From the NCBI GenBank assembly GCA_963701775.1, contig CAVPBH010000018.1, positions 184,568 through 248,567 on the forward strand: a stretch of DNA of 64,000 nucleotides, read 5' to 3'. The notes beneath the pieces are model-generated. The model ran no database searches. It saw only the letters and a program-made list of their open reading frames with translations, and was not told the DNA's origin. Source of the DNA: an uncultured Chloroflexia bacterium (GTDB taxonomy: Bacteria > Chloroflexota > Anaerolineae > JAAYZQ01). Position numbers and translations under genes: made by a program. Positions within the stretch are counted from its first letter, which is position 1. The number at the start of each line of letters is the position of its first letter. This document shows positions 57,436 through 64,000 of the stretch, piece by piece.

Positions 57436-57464
57436 TTGACAGCCGCCCCGGGATGTGATAAACT
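57436..57464 (+). promoter_or_regulatory. sigma70-like promoter TTGACA-17-(TGa)TAAACT upstream of the subtilase gene
   Basis: Perfect -35 hexamer, 17-nt spacer, extended -10. Leaves a leader of about 125 nt to the ATG at 57594, which has an AAAGGAG RBS. Confidence 0.4.
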
Positions 57465-57593
57465 GGTTCCAGGGGTTGGGCAGGATCGCCCCGCCCGGAG
57501 GCCCCGTAGAAAGGAGGTGCCATAGCCGTCGAGTCTTCGCACGTCGCGTTCCCTGTTCGGAACACCCCGCAGACAAGAGAAAGGAGTATTGCC

Positions 57594-60570
57594 ATGCGAG
57601 TCCCGAAAGCGTTCTATCTGCTCTTCTGCCTGGCCCTTGTTTCGGGCGTGATGCCCCTGGCAGCAACCGCCCAGACGGCGGCGCCGATTGAGCAAGAGCT
57701 CTTGACCCGGCTGGCTGCCGAAGGCACCGCCAACTTTTTTGTCAAGATGGCCGTCGAGGCCGACCTGAGCGCCGCGTACGGCATGGACTGGGATGCCCGC
57801 GGCGCGTATGTATGGAAGGCGCTGAACGAAGTGGCCCAGGCCACCCAAGCGCCGGTCCTCGACTACTGCCGGAGGCACGGCCTGACCTGCCGGTCCTTCC
57901 TCACCACCAATGCCGTCCTGGTGCGCGCCGGGACGGCCGACCAAGCCCAGGACCTGGCCCGCCTGCCGGGCGTGGCCTACCTCCGGCTCGAGCGCATCCT
58001 CCAGATCCCCGACCCGGTGGCCGGCGCCCCCGGCGTCAACGGTTTTGTCTCGAGCAGTGCAGCCCCAACGGCCACCACCGACTGGGGCATCACAGACACC
58101 AAGGCCGACCAGGTGTGGGCTCTGGGAGTGCGCGGCCAGGGCATCAAGGTGGCCAACATCGACACCGGCGTGCAGTACAACCATCCCGCCCTCTTCCCCA
58201 ACTATGGCTGCCAGGCCACGCCGACCGATCCCTCCTGCTGGTATGACCCCAGCAACACCTGCGGCGGCAGCGTGTGCGACAACAGCGGCCACGGCACCCA
58301 TACGATGGGGACGATGGCCGCCAAGGACGATGCCGGCCTGACCTACATCGCCGGGATGGCACCGGATGCCACCTGGATCGCCTGCAAGGGCTGCGAGTCC
58401 AGCTCGTGCTCGGAAGGCTCGCTTAACGCCTGCGCCGACTGGACCCTGGCTCCTGGCGGCAACACGGCCAACCGGCCGGCGGTCGTCAACAACTCCTGGG
58501 GCGGCGGCAGCGGCGACACCTGGTACCTGGCCAAGGTCCAGGCCTGGCGTGCGGCCGGCGTCTTCCCCGCCTTTTCCGCGGGCAACAGCGGCCCGAGTTG
58601 CAGCACCTCCAACAGCCCCGGCGACTACCAGGAGAGCTTTGCCAGTGCGGCGCACGACAGCAGCCGCACCATCGCCAGCTTCTCCAGCCGCGGGCCAAGC
58701 ACCTTTGGCCACGACCCCTATACCAAGCCGAACATCAGCGCCCCCGGCGTGAGCATCTGCTCGACCGTGCCGACCAACTCCTGGAGCTGCGGCTACTCCG
58801 GCACGTCGATGGCCAGCCCGCACACCGCCGGCGCCGTCGCGCTGCTATGGCAGGCCTGCCCCGACCTGGTAGGCCAGATGGACCTGACTTTCACGACGCT
58901 CCAGAACTACTCCAACACACCCCCTGCCGGCAACTGCCTCGCCCCGCCCGACGGGCAGGGCAACTACACCTACGGCTACGGCTACCTGGACACCCTCGCC
59001 GCCGTCCAGTCGTGCATGGGCGGCCTCGAGTTCGGAAGCCTCCAGGGCTACGTCTATGACCAGGACGCCGCCCCGATCGAAGGCGCCACCGTCAGCGCGG
59101 TGCCCACCATCCAGGGCGGCCAGATCCAGGCTACGACCGATCCGACCGGCTTTTACACGATGCAGCTCGTGCCCGGCACCTACACGGCCACCGCCTCCAA
59201 GAGCGGCTACACCACGCAGTCGGTGCCCGGCATCGCCATCGTCGCCGACACCGTCAGCAGCCAGGACTTTGGCCTCACTTACCTCGGCGCCTGGACCAGC
59301 TACGGCACGCTGTGCTTCGACTGGACTCGCTTCGACGGTGAGTACTACGACGGCAAGGTTTACTTCCTGGGCGGCCGCTCCGGCACCAGCACCGACGGCA
59401 CGATCTACCGCTTTGACCCGGTGACCGGCGCCTGCGCCGCAACCGGTGCCACTATGCCCGTGCCCATCTCCAACTACACCATTGCCCTGCTGAACGACGG
59501 CACGGCCGACCTGCTGTGCACCTTCGGCGGGCGCGACAGCGCCGGCGCCCAAACGCTGGCGGTGCAGTGCTACAACCCCGTGGCCAACACTGCAACCAAC
59601 AAGGGCAACCTGCCCGCGGCGTTCACCGGCTTTGCGCCAGGCGGCGTGGAAGCAGCCAACAACAAGGCCTACATCTTTGGCGGCTTCCGCAACACCAGCG
59701 CGCCCTATCACATGACGGCCACCTACGAGTATGACCCCGTCGCCAATACCTTCACCGCCAAGGGCAACCTGGCGCTGGGCCGCGGCTACATCATCACCGC
59801 CGTGGTCGACGGCAAGGTGTACGCCTTCGGCGGGGACGTGTTTGACGGCACCAACCTCAACGCCCAGACGATCGCCGAGGTCTTTGACCCCGCGGCCGGA
59901 ACCTGGAACGACGCGGCCGTGGCCGACCTGCCGGCGGCCTCCGGCGAGGGCCGCGGCTTCGGCTTCGACACAGGCTCCGGCTACGTCTATGAGAAGCGGG
60001 TGATCCTGGCCGGCGGTGGCCTGTGGCCCAGCAACAGCCTGGAGGTCACCTCCTACGACGTGGCCACCAACAGCTACGACACGTCGTTCCCCGATCTCGA
60101 ATGCCGCGCGCCGCGACCACGCCAGCTTCTTCGTGCCGGGGAATCCCGGGCGCATGTGGGTGGTGGGCGGCTGGTACGGAGCCGACACCCCACCCTACGC
60201 CCCGGCGGAGTACTATGATGTGCCCGTGTTGGCGCCTCTGCTCAAGCTCCACCTTTTCCGCCTGCGCACGAGCTGGCAGGCCGGCCCCAACCCCGGCACC
60301 TACAAGGTCCTGGCCAACGGGACCGTCCATGACCAGGCCCACGCCGTGATCGCCGGCGTGACCGTGCATGGGGATTGGACCTACCCGAACGGCCGGGTGG
60401 TGCACCGCACCGGGATGACCAACGCGGTGGGGCGGTTCAAGCTGTCGATCCCCTCGAAGCAGGCCGGCACCTACCAGTTCTGCGTGACCGACATGGTCCG
60501 GGCCGGGTATGCCTACGATCCCGGCTCGAACCATGTGCCCGCCTGCCAGACACTGGCGGTTGGGCCGTAA
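57594..60570 (+). CDS. secreted subtilisin-like S8 serine protease with CarboxypepD_reg-like, Kelch beta-propeller and shared C-terminal domains; frameshift at ~60100
   Basis: Signal peptide with I9-like propeptide. Catalytic triad motifs [17 protein letters not shown] and GTSMASPH. Kelch-type repeats ([23 protein letters not shown]). After ...TSFPDL the protein continues in the +1 frame ([14 protein letters not shown]...[34 protein letters not shown]). Confidence 0.8.
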
Positions 60571-60579
60571 GATGCAGGA

Positions 60580-60620
60580 GGCCGGACGGGTCCTCCAACC
60601 CGTCCGGCCCGGTTTCTGGG
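60580..60620 (+). terminator. rho-independent terminator candidate GGCCGGACGGG-tcctccaa-CCCGTCCGGCC followed by GGTTTCT
   Basis: Perfect 11-bp stem 10 nt after the subtilase stop, with a short U-rich tail. Confidence 0.45.
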
Positions 60621-60710
60621 CAATGCTCCCCCGAGCGTGACCGGCATCACTTCTCCGCGAGCCGTCCCGTGGTAAGCTGCACTCCAAAGGAACAGCGGAG
60701 GGTAAGCAAG

Positions 60711-61259
60711 ATGAACGCAACAAACGAGACGCAGACGGCCACCCTGGCCGGCGGCTGTTTCTGGTGCCTGGAGGCGGTCTATGATCTCATGGCCGGCGTC
60801 GTGTCGGTCGTTTCGGGCTATTCCGGCGGCCGGCGGCCCAACCCCACCTACGAGCAGGTATGTAGCGGCGCCACCGGCCACGCCGAGGTGGTGCAGATTG
60901 CCTATGACCCGGCGGTCGTCTCCTACAGAGACCTGCTGGACGTCTTCTTTTCCATCCACGACCCCACCACCCTCAACCGCCAGGGGGCCGACGCCGGCAC
61001 GCAGTACCGCTCGGCCATCTTCTACCACGACGAGGAGCAGAAACGGATCGCCGGAGAGGTGATCCACGAGCTGGAGGCATCCGGCACCTGGAAGGGCCCC
61101 ATCGTCACCGAGGTGACGCCCTTCACCGCCTTCTACCCGGCCGAGGATTACCACCAGGAGTACTTTGCGCGCCACGGGTCGCAGCCCTACTGCCACGCCG
61201 TCATCACTCCCAAGGTGGCCAAGTTTATGAAGGCCTTTCCCCTCTCCCTCCGCCGGTAG
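60711..61259 (+). CDS. msrA: peptide methionine sulfoxide reductase MsrA
   Basis: 182 aa with the GGCFWC active site and MsrA-like sequence throughout. GGAGGG RBS. The ORF-track start at 60375 is a spurious extension. Confidence 0.9.
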   Translation: MNATNETQTATLAGGCFWCLEAVYDLMAGVVSVVSGYSGGRRPNPTYEQVCSGATGHAEVVQIAYDPAVVSYRDLLDVFFSIHDPTTLNRQGADAGTQYRSAIFYHDEEQKRIAGEVIHELEASGTWKGPIVTEVTPFTAFYPAEDYHQEYFARHGSQPYCHAVITPKVAKFMKAFPLSLRR

Positions 61260-61389
61260 CGCAGCCCCTTGTAGGCGTTTGCGGGTGGGGTCGATGTTGC
61301 CCACAGCACACCCCACGACAGTGATACGGTGAAACAGCAGCCGCCCTGGTTGACATTCCGCCCCCGATCCGCTATACTTGCTTCATGCT

Positions 61390-61461
61390 GCGGGAGTAGC
61401 GCAGTGGTAGCGCACCTGCCTTCCAAGCAGGCTGTCGCGGGTTCGAATCCCGTCTCCCGCT
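61390..61461 (+). tRNA. tRNA-Gly (anticodon UCC)
   Basis: Acceptor stem GCGGGAG/CTCCCGC. D-arm AGCGCAGTGGTAGCGC. Anticodon stem-loop CCTGC-CTTCCAA-GCAGG. T-arm GCGGGTTCGAATCCCGT. No encoded CCA. Confidence 0.85.
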
Positions 61462-61468
61462 CAGGGCA

Positions 61469-61501
61469 CCGGCCCCGGCCAGACTGTGTGGCCGGGGCCG
61501 G
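61469..61501 (+). terminator. perfect 12-bp GC hairpin after the tRNA (CCGGCCCCGGCC...GGCCGGGGCCGG)
   Basis: Seen directly in the sequence. There is no T-tract, so it could equally be a processing or REP-like element. Confidence 0.3.
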
Positions 61502-61531
61502 CGTACACTACCAAGGGAAAGGAGCGCCCCC

Positions 61532-61999
61532 ATGCAAGTGCAGGAGATTATGACCCGCGATGTGATCACGGTCCGGACCGAAACCAAGATCCCCGCCGTG
61601 GTCCGGCTTTTCCGCGAGCACAGCATCAGTGGCATGCCCGTCGTCGATGCCGAGGGCAACCTGATCGGCATGGTCACCGAGCTGGACCTGATCGCGCGCC
61701 ATGCCCGGCCCCACATCCCGAGTTATGTTGCCTTCCTCGACTCGATCATCTACCTGGGCAGCACCAAGCGCTACCACGAGTCGATGCGCCACATCCTGGC
61801 CACTGCCGCCGGCGAGCTGATGACCCCCGAGGTCGTCAGCGTCAGCCCCGAGATGGACGTCCAGGACCTGGCCGATCTGATGGTCGAGCGCGGCGCTAAC
61901 CCGGTCGCCGTCGTCGACGCCGACAAGCACCTGGTCGGCATCGTCAGCCACACCGACCTCCTCAAGATGATCGAGCAGGCCGAGGCCGCCGAGCCATGA
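61532..61999 (+). CDS. CBS domain-pair protein
   Basis: 155 aa with two CBS motifs (IMTRDVITV...GMPVVD and LMTPEVVSV...NPVAVVD). Confidence 0.8.
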   Translation: MQVQEIMTRDVITVRTETKIPAVVRLFREHSISGMPVVDAEGNLIGMVTELDLIARHARPHIPSYVAFLDSIIYLGSTKRYHESMRHILATAAGELMTPEVVSVSPEMDVQDLADLMVERGANPVAVVDADKHLVGIVSHTDLLKMIEQAEAAEP

Positions 62000-64000
62000 T
62001 CCCGATCGAGCTGCGCGTCCGCAACTTTATGTGCTATCGCGACGACGTGCCCCCCCTCAGCTTCGAGGGCATCCACCTCGCCTGCCTGACCGGCAGCAAC
62101 GGCCACGGCAAGTCGGCCCTGCTCGACGCCATCACCTGGGCGGTCTGGGGCAAGTCCCGCGCCAAGCACGACGACGAGCTGATCCACCAGGGCCAGGTCG
62201 AGATGGAGGTGGAGTACACCTTCGAGCTGGGCGGCACCGTCTACCGCATCCTGCGCAAGCGCGAAAGCAAGAAGCCGGGGCGCACGCTGCTCGACCTCCA
62301 GGTGCAGCATTCGGCTGGGTTCCGCTCCATCGCCGGCACGACGATCCGCGCCACCCAGTCGGCCATCGACAAGCTGCTGCGCATGGACTATGATACCTTC
62401 ACCAACTCGGCTTTCCTCCTCCAGGGCAAGGCCGACGCCTTTACCACGCGCACGCCGGCCGAGCGCAAGCAGGTCTTGGCCGACATCCTCGGCCTGGGCC
62501 TCTACGACAGCTACGAGCAGCGCGCCAAGGACCAGGGCCGCGACGTGGAGCGGCAACTGGACCAACTGGACGCCCGGCTGAAGGGGATCGACGTCGAGCT
62601 GGCCCGCCGGCCGGAGCACGAGGCGGCCCTCGCCCGCGCCGGTGCGCGCGTCGCCGAGCTGAGCGCCGCCGTGAAAGAGACAGAGGGCACCCTTCGCACC
62701 CTACAGGCGGAGCTGCACGCACTCGAGCGGCAGCAGGTAGCGCTCCAGGGCCTGGAGCGCCGGCTGGCGCAGACCGAGCGGGAGCTGGGCGAAATCGCGG
62801 CCAAGGTGAGCGAGCGCCAGGCCAGGCTCGAATCCTACGAGCAGGCGCTGGCCGAACGCGGCGAGATCGAGCAGGGCTTTGCCGCCCTGGCCGCGGCCCG
62901 CCGGGAAGAGGCCGCCTGGAACGAGCGCCTGGGCAGTGCCCGCCGGGTCGAATCCGGGCAGCGCGACGCCGAGCGTGCCGTGGCCGCCGCCCGGCAGCAA
63001 TTGGAGTTGGGTGCCGGCCGGCTCGGGGAGCGCATCCGCAGCCTGGAAAACCACTCCGGCGAGGCCGCGCGTCTCGAACGGGACCTCGGGGAAGCGGGCG
63101 CCCGGCTGGAGTACCTGGCGCGGCGCCAGCAAGAGCGCGACGCGGCCCGCGAGCGCATCCAGGCACTGGCGGAGGAGACGGCCGGCCTGAAGGCCACGAA
63201 CGAGCAGCTTCGCGCCGAGATGCAGGACCTCCGGGAGAAGCTGGATTTGCTCGAGGCCGAAGTCGGGCCAGGCGGCCTGCCCCCTGTGCGGGCAGACCGC
63301 TCACGGGCGAGCACCGGCTGGAGCTGGCGGAAGAGTACCTGGCGAGGGGCAAGGGCCAACGCGAGCAATACGATGCCAACGACGCGCGCCTGCGCGCCTG
63401 GGCTGCCGAGACGGCGCAGCTCAAGGCGCAGCTCCAGCCACTGGAGCGCGATCTCGCCGGCCAGGCCGCCGCCCAGGGCCGGCATGCCCAGCTCGTGCAT
63501 GCGCTCCAGGAGGCGCAGAAGGCGGCGGCCGAGCTTGCGCCGGCCCAGGAGGAACATGGCGCCCTGCAGCGACGGGTCCAATCGGGCGACTATGCACTCG
63601 CCGAGCAGCAGGAGCTGGCCCGCCTGGCGGCCGAGCTGAAGGCGATTGGCTACGACGCAAGAGCCCACGGCAGGACGCGCGACGAGGCCGCGACCCTTGC
63701 CCCCTTCGAAGAGCGCCACCAGCAGCTCCTGCTCGCCGGCCAGCAGGCCGAGGCCGAGAAGGCGGCACTGGAGGAACTGCGCGGCCGCCACGAGCGCTGG
63801 ACGGAGACCCTCGCCGGCGAGAGGGAACAGCGCGATGCCCTCGCGGCCGAGGTCGCCGGATTGCCCGCGCTGAGCCAGCAGGTGCGCGTCAAAGCGGCCG
63901 AGCTGGAAGAGTGGCAGAAGGAATCCCACCAGGCACAGCAGGCATGGGGTGCGGCCCGCCAGCAGGTGACCTACGCCGAGCAGATGGCAGAAGAGCGCGT
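61996..64000 (+). CDS. sbcC: DNA repair exonuclease SbcC (Rad50-like ATPase), 5' part; two 1-nt insertions around the zinc hook
   Basis: N-terminal LTGSNGHGKSALLDAI Walker A motif with a long coiled coil. Around 63270-63300 the zinc hook CPLCGQT reads only in the +1 frame. The downstream coiled coil (HRLELAEEYLARGKGQREQYDAN...) reads in the +2 frame to the window end. Confidence 0.8.

Noticed and set aside
58845-60188. 447-aa minus-strand ORF opposite the subtilase gene
   Set aside because: Antisense to a gene with catalytic-triad motifs. The translation is Gly/Ala/Val-rich junk.
62441-63929. Several long minus-strand ORFs opposite sbcC
   Set aside because: They are antisense to the SbcC coiled-coil region. 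GC-rich Ala/Arg codon repeats generate open frames on both strands.

Overview
This is a high-GC (roughly 68-70%) bacterial chromosomal segment with dense coding on both strands, strong GGAGG-type ribosome-binding sites and recurring TACAAT-like -10 promoter boxes. It looks Chloroflexi-like, but that is only a guess from composition.

Gene content, left to right:
- 1-7,940 (minus strand): a hybrid ECF/ABC oxyanion-uptake locus. It contains a dihaem c-type cytochrome, ECF T and fused A1A2 subunits, an S-like membrane protein with periplasmic modules, a TupA-like tungstate/molybdate lipoprotein, and TupC and TupB. The three extracytoplasmic proteins share a duplicated ~85-aa module.
- 8,585-11,266: moaA, moaC, a MOSC-domain gene and a Cys-motif hypothetical, reading divergently from the uptake locus.
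- 11,263-13,950: an orphan fused OppB-OppC-type permease.
- 15,147-19,580: a UPF0175/DUF3368 toxin-antitoxin pair, a small membrane protein and a 1,054-aa DUF4062-NACHT-TPR STAND NTPase.
- 19,759-24,593: a lipoate-related cluster with LplA, a Cys-rich domain, an FAD oxidoreductase that appears fused to a radical SAM protein, and a second radical SAM protein.
- 24,655-31,266: glnA, a lamin-tail-domain lipoprotein/DmpA/hypothetical operon, an LVIVD beta-propeller protein and a tandem-repeat membrane protein.
- 31,552-35,888: an Old Yellow Enzyme gene with a partial second copy, separated by a 5'-truncated IS1182/IS5-type transposase.
- 36,042-45,838 (continuing to ~60,570): a block of very large secreted proteins (PKD, TSP3, cadherin-like, FG-GAP, S8 subtilase, tail-fibre/S74) that share three apparently unassigned domain families.
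- 46,428-64,000: a SARP-AAA-TPR regulator, an amino-acid ABC transporter operon, msrA, tRNA-Gly(UCC), a CBS-pair protein and the 5' part of sbcC.

At least 17 single-base frameshifts break otherwise coherent genes, several at G/C homopolymers, so many of the ORFs called here are gene fragments. ORF-track start coordinates are unreliable because GTG and TTG are rendered as M. Where I could, I re-derived starts from RBS spacing.
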